Position numbers and translations under genes: made by a program
Notes under the pieces: generated by a model
What the model was told of the DNA's origin: nothing
What the model saw: the letters and a program-made list of their open reading frames with translations, nothing else
The model's database searches: none
From: Eledone cirrhosa
Taxonomy: Eukaryota
Assembly: GCA_964016885.1 (NCBI GenBank)
Contig: OZ024740.1
Coordinates: 223,014,001-223,078,000 of the forward strand
Direction of reading: 5' to 3'
Length of the DNA stretch: 64,000 nucleotides
In this document: piece by piece, positions 42,801 to 56,988 of the stretch
Layout: each line of letters opens with the position of its first letter
Position numbering within the stretch: the first letter of the stretch is position 1

Positions 42801-44287
42801 TTTGAGATTTTGAGATAAAAACTATAGAAGAGGAATAAATAATTCCACTTTTGAATCTCTGTTTAATGTTTAGTCAGGTAGAAAAAGGTAGGACCTATGA
42901 CACTTTCCAATGTCCTGTGAGAGAGAGAGATGCAAGGAAGGTATCCTCAAAGTCGAAACAGTCCAAATGCTTGCAACAGAATAAACACTGGACTGATGTG
43001 ACTCCGTGCTTATGACTGTTAGAAAAGTTAAATTTAGCAGTCAAACAGAAGCAACTAACATTTTATGAGGTATATTTCAAAGATTAATGAGATGAATATT
43101 ATTATCGTAGGAGGAGACTTTAATATCCTATGCTAGGAATCTAGACAACTACTTCTTCATCTAACTGTAGGCTATGGCTATGACATAATACATGAAGAGA
43201 GTGTATGTAAACTTACTAAATTTCTGACATAAATGTTATTATCTTTAAAATAAGCTCCAGAAAGTCAATCAAGCAACTGGCTAGCTACCAACCAAATTAA
43301 TGTGACTCACAGATTACTGTGAGTCACATTAATTAGATCTGATGACAAAGCCAGACAGATACGAGGGCTGGAGGGGTGAAAATATAAAGTTAAATCCCAG
43401 GAAAGTAATATGTGCCTCAAAATAAGTTAGTTGTAAATAGATTTACATTAACTCTTTCAATACGAGCCTGCTTGAGTTGTTTCTATGATAAAAAAGGTTG
43501 TTTTAAAATATTTATATTTAAAATAAAGTATCAAACAATTTTATGTAAGAAAATTGTGTTATATTAAGTTCTAAACACAAGCATGATAATGAAAAAGTTA
43601 ATTATTTTACTAAATCCCATCAAATTTCTGGTTATTTACAAAATTAATTAAAAATTATTGACTGTGTATATCATTAGAAATATGATCAGGAAAGTTTCAG
43701 CAACAGTGAAAGAAGGAAGAAATTCCTTAATCAATTCTGAAGAAAGTATTGAAGTCAATAGATATTTCCATGATATTATATTGCAATATAATATTAAAAC
43801 ACACATACATAGACACAGATATGGCTGGGTGGTTAAATAGTTCACCCTGCAGTCATGTAATTTTGGATTTCGTCCCAATGTGTGGTATTTTGGACAGGTG
43901 TCTTCTACTGTGGTCATGGGTTGACCAACGCCCTATTAAATTTGGTAGATGGAAACTGCAGTAGCCACACATACACACACACACACACATATATATATAT
44001 ATCCTATTTATGTTGTGTGGTTTACCAATGCGTAGATCTGGTCATTCTGGTTAACAAATCATGATGTAATAAATTAAAGCAGCCAAACATATGCAAATCA
44101 TCAATCATAGATGTAACTCGGGGCAGGTTCAGAGACAGAGTTAAATGTTCATTTAAAAGACAACAGAGGACTGAACTCATATTGGGATTGTGCAACAATA
44201 AAATAATATTTTGAGTCTAGCCTTGTGTTGTCTTTTCAATATATATATATATGTGTGTGTGTGGTGATTGCTTCATCTTTGCAGATG

Positions 44288-45710
44288 ATTGCCGTCTCCC
44301 TATGTACCCCAATCAACCATCACCAACTCCAAACGTCCGTTCAAAGTGGCTTTTAAGTCTAGCATTAGATTTGCACATGTGACAGACGAAATATGTGCTC
44401 TCTACTGGATTGATTGGCTCAGTTTGTGGGATGTCATCCTTCTGTACCCTCATATACCTTTTAAGACTAGAGATTGATTTGCAGATCTTTTTGCATACCA
44501 CACATGTTGTCTCACCTAGTATTGGAAGGATAGAATTGCATACAGTTAGCTTTTTATGTGATTTTAAATGCGGGATGTACCCAAATTTAGAGAGCAGTAG
44601 ATGACCAGACACCTTACAAATCTAGCTCCCTATGTTCTTGTTGAGGTTCTACTGTGGCCTTTTCGAAGCTGATGTTTAAGTTTTTCATGGTCAAGACATC
44701 TCTCTTCAAACATTCTGCAGCCTTCCTTCACATGTCCTATCCATTCACCCCTCTTTAAAGCAAGAAATTCCCAGTTCTGAACTTCAAACTGTAGAACTTT
44801 AAGGGATTTTTTTTTTAAATGCAATCTTTATATCTTTTTCTTCGTTTGTGCTGAGGGCATTTCCCAGTGTGCAATTGGCTGTAAAATAGTTGTTTTGGGA
44901 GTCTTTCCTCATTCATGTGCACAGCAGCCTACCCAATGCATTTGAAAGGATACGATGTTAGATTCAATGCTCGTACAACCAGCATCTATAAGGATTTGCG
45001 TGTCAAGTATTTTTTGTTGTCATTTGATGTTTAGGATTCGTCTTAAACACTTTTGATTAAAGTGTTTAAGCAAATTAAGGTGTGTACGAAAGTACTGTCC
45101 AAGTTTCTGGAAAGTATAACAGTGTACTCAGAATGCAGGCCTTGTACACACTAATCTTGTTCTTGATATTGATGCCATGATCTGCCCACACTCTCTTTTC
45201 AAGGTTTCCGAAGGTTACAGAGAACTTCTGAATGTGCAGGTGTATTTCTGCAACCTGTGAACTATCTCTCGATAATGCACTACCAGGTAAACAAAAGTGT
45301 CAAATACACCCAACCTAGTTCCATGCACCATTATATGTGGCTCACTATATGCTTCCCCTGGTGATGGGCTGAACATTACCTTAGTCTATTTTAGATTAAT
45401 TTTAATGCCAAAGGCATTACAAGGATCTGCAAAACAATCCATGATGTGTTGCATGTCATCTTGAGAGTGAGCCAGAAAGTCAACATGGCCTGCTTACAGG
45501 AGTTCTCTAATATTTGGAAACCTTAGATTTGAAGTTGAACTTTCTTAATTCAAAGATTCTTCCTGTAGTTCTAACTTGCATTAGAACACCCTTTGCACAG
45601 TCATGGAATGCATGAGTCAGCATCAAAGCAAAAAATATTGAAAATAGTGTGGGAGCCAGGATATCTCCCTGCTTCATGCGATTATCAACTGGGATTTCAT
45701 TGTACAATTC
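44288..45710 (-). pseudogene. RTE/BovB-like LINE RT and C-terminal C2H2 Zn-finger fragment
   Basis: MKQGDILAPTLFSIFF, CVVCKKICKS, CHMCKSNARLKSH; many disruptions. Confidence 0.8.
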
Positions 45711-45711
45711 T

Positions 45712-45747
<36 letters not shown>

Positions 45748-45753
<6 letters not shown>

Positions 45754-46249
45754 ACAGAGAGAAAGAGACGATTATTAGGAAGAAAAATATTTTTTTTTCC
45801 TTTTGTGTTTCTCTTTCTTTTTTCTGGGTTAGAAAATGATTAAAACGAAATGTTTTACTTTGTGTGAAGTGTTAAGATATTAGTTGATTTATTTATTATT
45901 TGACAATGGCATTTATTTATCTATTTATATATTTAATTATTGTCTATTACCGGTTTCAGTATTTTTATGCATTATCAAATGATAGTGAAATGTATTAGTG
46001 TGGTGTCACACATGTTAAAAAGAAGGTGCAGAAAGAATAATGTTATTTACAAACAAGGTTTATGAATGTAGAGCATAAAAAGTCAATGTGGAAGAAAAAA
46101 GAATGTTATTTACAGGCATAGTTCTTGAGGTTAAGCAGATCAGTAAATGATTTCGTTTTAATCATTTTCTAACCCAGAAAAAAGAGATAGAGAAACAAAA
46201 TAGGAAAAAATAAATATTTTTTTCCTAATAATCGTCTCTTTCTCCCTGT

Positions 46250-46255
<6 letters not shown>
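45748..46255. mobile_element. Inverted pLTR-like insertion in (TA)n with degenerate hammerhead (45943-45985, -)
   Basis: 45748-45851 is the reverse complement of 46149-46255. Minus strand: CTAT..TTGATAA..GAAA-CCGG-TA-ATAG. Confidence 0.65.
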
Positions 46256-46297
<42 letters not shown>

Positions 46298-46324
46298 TAA
46301 CTCGTGTGCTTCCTCTCCACATTT

Positions 46325-46406
<82 letters not shown>

Positions 46407-46894
46407 TCACCATTTAACATAAATTTTTCTATGCTAGAATGGGTTACATATGTGGTGTGTGTGTATTCTGTAGCATAGACGTTTGACAATATGAGATCAA
46501 TAAAATAAGTACTGATATCGATATGATCAACAATCATTCTACTGTGATGCCCCAGAATATCAGCAGTCTAATGACAAATAAATAATAGAGTATAGTTAAT
46601 ATGCTCTCACATAATTTCATGTGTATTCACATAAAAACAAATACCGAATATACATAGCTGATCTCTCAAACTGTTCCAAAGCACTGTGTGAGTGACCACT
46701 TCTTTTCTATCTCTATCTTCATCCTATTTCATCAGCTATTTTATAGAATCTTAGCGCATGGGCATACTACTGTTTATATTACACACATACACACACACAT
46801 ATATATATCTATATCCATGGAGAGTAACGTGAAGTTACTGTAGGTTCATATTATATATATATATGTGGTTACCTCCGATTCAACCCGGAATAAC

Positions 46895-46951
<57 letters not shown>

Positions 46952-47080
46952 GAGTATATGTTGGTTGTATACCAACACCTCAGTATGCAGATTGGAGTAC
47001 TCTACGAAGTGCACAGGTTGGTTTGGTTACTCCGGAATAATGTAAAATAAAATAAATAAGTCAAATGTTTAAAATTTGGC

Positions 47081-47152
47081 TTCGTTTATTACTGCTATAT
47101 ATATATTTCGGTGACAGCCATCTTTGACTGTGACCTCTTCAGGCAGTCCGAA
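47081..47152 (-). ncRNA. Type I hammerhead ribozyme (inverted pLTR)
   Basis: Near-exact reverse complement of 50814-50883. Confidence 0.8.
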
Positions 47153-47649
47153 TTACTGTGGTATAGACAAGTACACATGTTGTTGAGGTGTTTAACTTTG
47201 TCAATACTCTGATATTCCCAGTTCCTGGTTAGGTTGTTATTTCACTGAGGAACTGGAATCATATGAATTTAAACAAACGAATTTCAGCGTCAAAGGACAT
47301 CTTCTCCTCTCATTGGTCAGTTGTGAGAACATTCCTCAGTCAAAAGTCTATAGAAATTCGTTCTGAGGCGAGTAATCTGTAGTGGTTGTTCTTATTATTG
47401 TTAAGTACATCTGACCTCTACTCTTATGTTGGTAGTGGTGTTGGTATTGGAGTCAGCTCAAACAAATGATAAAGTGGTAGAAGGAATTCTTTCTGGGGTG
47501 AGGCTCCATGTAGTGTTTGTTTTTGCTATTGTTAAGTACATCTGACCTCTACCCTTATTTTGGTAGTGGTGTTGGTGTTTTGGTCAGCCTATGACTTGCT
47601 GCTGCTGACATTTAGAAGAATCTGTGTGTGTTTCTTCATCCATCCTGCC

Positions 47650-49529
47650 ACCAATCTCACCCATAGTACTCAAAAAGGCCCTATTTTTAGCGATGTCCAA
47701 TACGGACCTAACACGAGAGGAGGTGAGCATCATCCACGCCGCAAGAAAGATCTTAATCCGTTTCGATGGAGACCTTTGGACCAGGAGTGATTGGCCAAAT
47801 AACTTTGACATCACGATAGGCTCCAGCGACTCAGCACAGGTAATGGACCTGGTTGGGCTCTTCCTGCTGAAGCAGATAAAAGATGAAATCCCCTGCTTGG
47901 GCGGCGGATTATATCGTGACGATGATCTCTTCACAGTATATGACCACAGCACCACTATGTTGGAGGGAATGAGGAGGCGTATTCGCCATTTCTCTAAGAA
48001 CCAGGGGCTCAGTATCGAACTAGACCCAGATAGAAAGGTAGTTAACTTCCTAGACACCACCCTAAACCTGAACACCCAGCAATACTACCCCTATCACAAG
48101 CCCAACGAGAAACTTGTGTATGTTAACGCCAAGTCAAACCACCCTAGATCTATAATCAAAACCGTGGTAAAGAGTGTCTCGGACAGGATCTCCAGTCTGT
48201 CCACAAATAAGGAAATCTTCGATAACAACGCGGAATATTATAACGCAGCTCTAAATAAGGCGGCACGTGGCCAAAATATAAAATATAGCCCGAGACGCCG
48301 TGATGGGGATGGCCCAACGAACACCCACACTCGCGTTGTCCGGGAGGGGGCGAACCCTAACAATTCAGGCAGAACAGAAACAAATGAGCACCATGAGCCT
48401 GACACCAACACACGGGCGATGGTGACGAGTACGCTTAACCATGAGAAGAAACCCAATATGAGTAGCAGTCTCAGGGGTGATGCTAACCACCCCGGGCCCG
48501 ACGACCTCAACCGCAGGACACGTGGGTGGGGGGAAACGGGGGACCACCCCACAGTGGATCTCCCAGCGCGAGCAACGACCACCCCCACAGATTCGGGACG
48601 TGAAGATAGTAAAACGCATAGCGCCCAAAGAGGAAGAAACAATGCGGGAACCACCAGCAACCCAACAACTCTCCAACAAATCACGACGCCCCCAATCCAC
48701 CCATATAGGAGTAGACACAGAAAAATCACGTGGTACAACCCACCCTACTCAGCGGCCCTAAAGAACAGCTTGGCCCGATCATTCTTTGGAGCACTTAATA
48801 AATGCTTCCAGAGGGACCATAGATACCACAAGATCTTCAACAGACACACTGTGAAGCTCTCGTATTCCACCACGAGAAATCTGGCCCAACACATAGCTAG
48901 CATCAACAGGAGTAGGTGTAAAAACCACACAGAACCAGAAGATGGCAATAAAAGCACCCATCAGAACCCTGTGGAAGGAGGGACCCAGTGCCCACCCAAG
49001 AGCCTCAAATAGACCCGAGGAGACCCAACCGTGCCCAGGGGAAGACCACCATGTAACACGTAACGGGAACCACACACTAGGCACGCAGAGGTCGACAACC
49101 CTCTGCAACTGCAGAAACCCCGAATCATGCCCCCTTAGTAATGAATGCCTTAAGAAGAACATAGTATACGGTTGTAGGGTTAAAACGCCCAACTCCGAAC
49201 ACCTCTACATAGGAGTCACATCAACGAGCTTTAAAGACCGTTGGTATAACCTTCGCCATTCCTTCAATAAGGAGACCAAAACGAAAAGTACGGCTCTTTC
49301 CGACATGATCTGGAAGCTTAAGCTGGACAGGACACCGTACTCTCTGGCCTGGTCCATAATCAGGAAAGTACCATCCGATAAAGGGGGCTCTGGCATATGC
49401 AAACTATGTCTGAACGAGACCCTTGAGATACTAAGAGGTGGAAGCCGCCTGATAAACCTCAGAACCGACTTCTTCGAGACATGCAGACACCTCAGGGCCG
49501 GGACCTTTCTCAAGCTATATGGACAGTAG
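47650..49529 (+). pseudogene. PLE RT + GIY-YIG (YRDD type, possibly Nematis-like), one frameshift near 48950-49010
   Basis: FDITIGS, GLYRDD, VNFLDTTLNL, SNHPRS, ITWYNPPYS, IFNRHTVKLSYS, CNCRNPESCPL, IVYGC..YIG.T...FKDRW, CKLC, CRH. Confidence 0.9.
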
Positions 49530-49700
49530 CAACACACTGAGATGTGAACTCCCCTCAAGCTATAGGGACTTCTCCAGAACATGTAGACACCTCTCGGCCA
49601 GACCTCCCTCAAGCTACATGGGCAGTAACAACACCATAGGTTGGGAACTCCCCTCAAGCCATAGGGACCCACCCAGGCTGAGCAGACACCATGATAGCCT
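49480..49700 (+). repeat. ~100-bp tandem duplication of the PLE ORF end
   Basis: AGACACC recurs at ~49485, 49584 and 49684, with repeated CTCAAGCTA / GAACTCCCCTCAAGC. Confidence 0.7.
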
Positions 49701-50813
49701 AGAGATTGATTCTGACACAGACTTTCTAATTTGGCCAACATCTTTATAACACACACATTTTATTTTACTTGATTTTTGATTTTTCATTTCTTTTCTGTTT
49801 TCTTCACTTTATTGCCTTCTATTTAAGCTGAGATTGGTTATAACACACACACATTTTATTTCATTATCTTATTTCGTTTTATTATTTTACCATCTTGTTC
49901 CCCCTACCACTTTATCCAACATCTTTCTGACTTTGAGATTGGTTATAGCACACACACATTTTTTTTATTTGAATCTTCATTTTTATTTTTCATTTTTCAT
50001 TTTTCATTTTCCATTTTTCATTTTTCATTTATCATTTTTCATTTTTCATTCATTTTTCATTAATTTTTCATTTATTTTCTATTTATTATTTACTGTTTTC
50101 TTCATGTTATTGCCTTCTATTTGTTCATATACATGGCAGACCTCCCCCACCCACCACCATCACCACGAGAGATGGTGGCAGGCTGGATGAAGTAACACAC
50201 ACAGATACTTCTAAATGTCAGCAGCAGCAAGTCATAGGCTGACCAAACACCAACACCACTACCAAAATAAGGGTAGAGGTCAGATGTACTTAACAATAGC
50301 AAAAACAAACACTACAGGGAGCCTCACCCAGAAAGAATTTCTATAGACTTTTGACTGAGGAATGCTCTCAAAACTGACCAATAGGAGGAGTGACCTTTCA
50401 AATCTTTCTAACATTGAGATTGGGTATAACACACACACATTTTATTTGATTATTTTATTTTGTTCCTTTACCATCTTATTCCTTCTACCACTTTATCATT
50501 TTTTTGAGCTGACTCCAATACCAACACCACTACCAACATAAGAGTAGAGGTCAGATGTAGTTAACAATAACAAGAACAGCCACTACAGATTGCCTCGCCT
50601 CAGAACGAATTTCTATAGACTTTTGACTGAGGAATGTTCTCACAACTGACCAATGAGAGGAGAAGATGTCCTTTGACGCTGAAATTCGTTTGTTTAAATT
50701 CATATGATTCCAGTTCCTCAGTGAAATAACAACTCAACCAGAAACTGCGCATATCAGAGTATTGAGAATGTTAAACACTTCAACAACATCTGTACTCGTC
50801 TCTACCACACTAA

Positions 50814-50883
50814 TTCGGACTGCCTGAAGAGGTCACAGCCAAAGATGGCTGTCACCGAAATATATATAGCAGTAATAAACGAA
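50814..50883 (+). ncRNA. Type I hammerhead ribozyme (PLE pLTR), intact core
   Basis: ACTGC-CTGAAGA-GGTcACAGCCA aaga TGGCTGTcACC-GAAA-TATATA-TA^GCAGT-AATAAA. Confidence 0.88.
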
Positions 50884-50924
50884 GCCAAATTTTAAACCTT
50901 TGACTTATTTATTTTATTTTATTT

Positions 50925-51017
<93 letters not shown>

Positions 51018-51380
51018 AAGAAAATGGAGGTGGTTCATAGGAGATTTATCGCTCAATCATCCTGGTTACAAATGTTTCTCAAGCAGCCGGCTCGTGATCT
51101 GGCTGGCACCCCAGACCAGACTCTAAGTCTGCCTGATCCTCAGACCAGTGTTAACACAACAAAAATCCCATCAAATCTGTGGATGAACCAGCCAGACACA
51201 AACAAGCATATAGAATGACCAATCACGAGCCTAAAATTCAATGGACGCACTTATCCCAAGTATTACAAGAAAAAAACCCCCATTATAAACAAAATAAAAT
51301 AAAAAATAATGGATATTAATAAATAAATATATCTATGTATATACGATCACACACATATACACGTGCATAAAATACCTATG

Positions 51381-51413
<33 letters not shown>

Positions 51414-51569
51414 GAAGAAATTGTACATGTACATGTACATACATATACATACACACACATGTACATACATAAACATACACACATCAATGCATATAGATAT
51501 ATATATATATACACATACAAATACATACATATGCATATATACTCATCATAAAAATACACACACAAAATT

Positions 51570-53278
51570 CAAGAAAAAGGGTGTTGGTTCTCTGGGACGA
51601 GTACTGGAGCTACCATGGCAGGACAGGGTCAGTAGCTCATGAAAGAAAACAATGGCCCCTCGCAATGCGTCCATCTGCAAGATGGGCAAACAAATGGGTC
51701 CTTCGATGCATACAATTAATCAGAATCACAAACCTAGAGTTGATCGCCCACCCACGGAGGTTGAGGATCTCCACATTCTCTGAGATACAGAGCTAATAAA
51801 CCTCACTGCCCAGCCCCCAGGGGGCCACAAAATGAAGAATTTCCCACCTCAATTTGAAGTTCCAGTTCTCATCCCTGAGCCTCCATACACACTCGGCTAG
51901 AGAAGTGTGGGACCTCTTGCTTCTGTATCTAAAGAGCACATGTGGTTGTGGAAGCGTGATTTGAACTCGGTGCTTCTGGAACCCACATACACAAATTCTT
52001 CTCTTTTGGTGGAGACCGTACAGCTATATACCACTCCCGAGACTCCGCAGTGGGCTGTTTAGGGGGAAGTTGCAGGGGGATCTGCAGTTGCAGTTCATCA
52101 CAGATCTTTCAGGGGCGCCATAGGATGCAGTGTTGAAAATGGAGGTGGTTCATATCTCCCCTGGGGACTTCCAAACCACCAACAACCTGCCCGGTATGAT
52201 CATTATTGATGTACTGCCATAGCTTTGTACGGTTGATGGATGCGTTGATCTCTGCAAAGTTGGGCATGGTGGAGAAAGAGAACTCCACTGTGTGCTGGTT
52301 GAATAGTTTAAGGTATCTATGTGAGGGTGGAAAGCATTCATTCGGGGTCCGGAAGAAGAGGCCTGGTATGTTGGTTCTAAGACTCCTGGAGTAGGGTTTC
52401 CATTGATTACATGACCTAGGTTGGTATGCGCGGGTTTCCTCATGGTTAAGGCAAGTCTTTATAGATGGTATCGTTCCGTTTGCACGCCGGTGTACTGTGG
52501 GGCGGCTAGGGGGTTCGAGTATGTAGAGAACGGTTGTTCACACCCATGCCCATCGCGGGAAATATGGCCATGCAAAAGTGGCACAACATGATGTGAGGAG
52601 TCAGCGGGTGCGGGTACAAGATCAGATGGGTAAACATTAGAGCTGCTGTACATTCCGTCATGAATGAGACATAGTGGTCGACAGAGCCCCCCCCCCCCCA
52701 CACACACACACACACATACACACACATATCCCCCATCAAGAGGCCCACCCTCGGAAAGCCCATTACATTGTCCAACCGCAGCAACATTGGTAGCGTCTGC
52801 CATGTGTGGGATGAGGGGCATAGTCATTAACACACTGGTGCTGCGTCGCTTCCATTATGGGACCGGATCAGGGCTGAAGCCAGGGTGGAGAGATTGGGAG
52901 GTGCCTTGCTGTTGAAAAAGCAGGGAGGCAGTCAAAGAACCATGATCCAAGAATCCTGTGCTCGCTCCAGTAGTGATAGTTCGGTTACCAGGGATGCCAA
53001 AGGAAAGACAAGCTCGGGGTTGCACTTACGTTCGCCATCCTTATAAAGATATCTGATTTGGTTAAAGTGTCCTCCTCTGGCCAGGGCCTCATTGTATTAT
53101 ACAGCATGCTGCTCGAAGATGGGCATTGGAAGAGAGAGTGGATATTCTACCAGATACACCTTTGGACCTAAGGATCAATTTGGGATTGTTCAAGTGGCGG
53201 TGAACATTCCTGAGGCACTCATTGGGTTTGTTATAGGACCTATGCAGTCGCCTGTCAAGTTCCAGCGTCGTGTCAAGA

Positions 53279-53281
<3 letters not shown>
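51570..53281 (-). pseudogene. Heavily decayed PLE (same type as 47650-49529)
   Basis: Minus strand: TFLDTTLEL..YNKPNE, HRYLKLFNQHTVEFSFSTMPN, VYSCTVST...YVGSRSTEFKSRFHNH. Confidence 0.8.
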
Positions 53282-53344
<63 letters not shown>

Positions 53345-53364
53345 GTATATATATATATATGTAT

Positions 53365-53434
<70 letters not shown>

Positions 53435-53525
53435 TATATATAATATATATATATATATATAATATATATATATATATATAATATATAATATATATATATA
53501 TATATAATATATATATATATATATA

Positions 53526-53592
<67 letters not shown>

Positions 53593-53593
53593 T

Positions 53594-53631
<38 letters not shown>

Positions 53632-54189
53632 TATAGCAAGAGAAGGGATATTGCACTGGGGGTTCCAATCATTTACGATGGATGGAAGGTTGACCATATC
53701 TCCCTTGGGGACTTACAAATGAACGAAGCTAATAAACTCATATTTGTGCTGCCTCTCTGTTTTCGTTCCTGTCTAAGATTTAACTTGTAGAGCTAACTCT
53801 GTTGAAAGGAATCGACTGCTGTTTCTAGTTGTCGTATACCTATTCACGCCACTGAGACGAAGCTGCTGTGATGTGTAAACACAACACGTGGTAGCGGCCA
53901 GTTGAATATTTGAACTCGCTGTGTAAGCATGGATTGCTGGACATTCTTCTTCCTTGTTGATAATTCAAAAATATCCACTTTCCGTGATTTACCATCTGAT
54001 TAATTGGTGAAATATATTTCTTTAATGGAATATATACAGGGAAGATTAATCATATTAAAAGGTATCTATTTTTGAAGTTCTAGTCAACTTTATTTATTTG
54101 TTACCCAACTAGCTATGCGTGGTTACACGCTTGTAAAAATTATCTCCTGTGATTATTCATGTTTATATATATGTTAATCAATTTCTAGT

Positions 54190-54263
<74 letters not shown>

Positions 54264-54352
54264 GTGTATATATATATGTATATATATATGTATATATGTA
54301 TATATATATATATATGTATATATGTATATATGTATATATATATATATATATA

Positions 54353-54431
<79 letters not shown>

Positions 54432-54524
54432 ATAATGGTAGCTAAGATGTATCCATAGGCTGTATGCTGGTTGAGCAGTGTATGCTCCTATGGAGAAAGA
54501 GGATATGCCCCGAAATGAATAGAC

Positions 54525-54620
54525 GTGTCCGAGGAACCTGCAAATCCAGAATCAGGTCGATCCACACACAGATCGCACCTCGAGCTGTTCGCCGGGGAAA
54601 CAATTGTAACACACAATAAA
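54525..54620 (+). ncRNA. Degenerate hammerhead in solo pLTR-like piece
   Basis: GTGT-CCGAGGA...GAAA-CAATTG-TA-ACAC followed by AATAAA. Confidence 0.5.
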
Positions 54621-54649
54621 TTGAGTTCCAATGCATAACTGATTTTTCG

Positions 54650-55160
54650 TTTTCCATTCTATATATATATAAATGGAAAAAATGAAATGAAATTTCATTT
54701 CTCACTCTAAGTATGGCTGATACTTAAATGTAAGTATGTATACGCACATACATATATGTATACAGATGTACAGTAGAATGTATATACATACATACATGCA
54801 CACATATACATATATATATGTGCGTATGGGTTTACCGAACAATTATTATAAGGTTCGGTTTGTTTGTAAACAAACAGCCCGAATTAAGCCTTACAGTGTT
54901 CGCTTGACATGAAGGTATACGGTACTGATGACAGCTAATAAGCTAGAAAGTAGTTCATCGTTCCTTTGTCAGTGTTGAACAAAAGGGTAACGGTGGTTGC
55001 CGAACACTGTACGGCTTAATTCGGTCTGTTTATTTACAAACAAACCGAACATTATAATAAATGTTCGGTAAACCCATACGTATATATATATGTATATGAG
55101 TGCATGTATGTATGTATATACATACTACTGTACGTCTGTATATATATATATGTATGTACG

Positions 55161-55170
<10 letters not shown>
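54650..55170. mobile_element. Second locus of retrozyme-like family B, inverted arrangement
   Basis: Homologous to 4812-5975. ~54745-54902 is inverted relative to ~55001-55165. Confidence 0.75.
54905..54971 (+). ncRNA. Hammerhead ribozyme, family B (canonical CTGATGA)
   Basis: TGACA..AAGG-TAT-ACGGTA-CTGATGA(54925)-CAGCT AATA AGCTA-GAAA(54946)-GTAG-TT-CATCGT-TCCTT-TGTCA. Confidence 0.7.
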
Positions 55171-55192
<22 letters not shown>

Positions 55193-55718
55193 AGTACACT
55201 TAAGAGATGTCATGCTGTGAACTGAAGTCAAGCTGGAGAATATATGCTCCTCTAGCTTTTAAACAACATGGTGATGAATAATACATAAAGTAAAATGTAT
55301 ATAGCTGTGAAAGATAGCAAGAACAGAATTATATTGAAAGGTTAAATAGAAAGGCCAATGTCAAATTTACTTAGATGGATGATATGCTAGAAATAAGAAC
55401 TTTACTAATGTCAACGTCAAATGATATTGCCTTACTTGATGAGAACCATATGTGTGAAATATTTTGAATTGCAAAGCAGTATTTGAAGTCTCCAATGTGA
55501 TAAGCAATGAAAGTGAGACAGCATATTTTAACAATATGTGGTTAAGAAGTGTACTTCTCAATCAGGCAAATGTTGTTTACTGCAACTTCAGACTCAGTAA
55601 TGCCTTGTGAGTAAAAACGTAGTTGAGGGAAACTGTATGGAACCCAATTATATATATATATATATATATATATAAATGCTGATGAAGATGATGATGATGA
55701 TGCATATGAGTGTGTGTA

Positions 55719-56095
<377 letters not shown>

Positions 56096-56099
56096 ACTA

Positions 56100-56330
56100 T
56101 CACATCCAATATCTGAAAATTGGTTGACTGAATACACACGTGATTTTCTCCCTTCTCTCATTTTTTCTCACCCTTTTATCTTTCTATGTTATCTTTTATT
56201 CCCATCTCTATGTTCTGAAGAAGGACTAGTGTCTGAAACGTTAAGACTCTTTTCCTATTTCAAGCGTTAAACTAATATATTTCGTCAATGTACTAGGTCA
56301 TTTGATTTGTTATTTCTGTTTACTTTCTAC
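56100..56330 (+). mobile_element. Solo pLTR-like piece with minimal hammerhead-like motif (56210-56247)
   Basis: CTGAAGA-AGGACTAGTGTCT-GAAA-CGTT-AAGAC; stem I is weak. Confidence 0.5.
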
Positions 56331-56441
56331 ATATATATATATATCAAATTAAACAATGGGTTTCAAGACTCATGTTAATCCCCTATAATTTAATGAGCTC
56401 AAGGAATAGATTCCAGGCTTTTTATAAATCAGTATATAGAC

Positions 56442-56988
56442 AGAAATACACAAAGAGGTATGTGTTTAATCATAGGGGATAGAGAACCACAAGAGTGGAG
56501 AACATATTGTCTACAAAAGAAAAGGAGAATATAGATCACTTAAAAGAATAAATTAAAATGTACAAACCATCCAATAATAAATATTACACCTGGACATACT
56601 CTAACTATAGCAGGTTTTGCCACAAAAAGTGTAGAATCCATATTGTAGAGGGCTTGTCAATAGGTGAACCACAATATGGCCTACACTTCAAAAAATATAT
56701 TGCATAACTAAAACGTTTTTAGTTATCTAATATATTTTTAGAAGTGTAGCCCATATTGTGGTTCACCTATTGACAAGCCCTCTACAATGTGGATTCTACA
56801 CTTTTTGTGGCAAAACCTACTATAGTTAGAGTATATCCAGGTGTAATATTTATTATTGGATGGTTTGTACATTTTAATTTATTCTTTTAAGTGATCTATA
56901 TTCTCCTTTCCTTTTGTAGACAATATGTTCTCCACTCTTGTGGTTCTCTATCCCCTATGATTAAACACATACCTCTTTGTGTATTTCT
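56442..56988. repeat. ~550-bp near-perfect palindrome
   Basis: Arms are reverse complements centred on AAAACGTTTT (~56715). Confidence 0.92.

Larger units (their letters stand above)
47044..50931 (+). mobile_element. 5'-truncated Penelope-like element with inverted 3' copy
   Basis: 47044-47655 is the reverse complement of 50175-50931 apart from a ~140-bp deletion. Hammerheads in both arms. Ends in (TA)n. Confidence 0.9.

Noticed and set aside
48238-49756. Antisense ORFs over the PLE
   Set aside because: They are shadow frames of GC-richer coding sequence and have no motifs.
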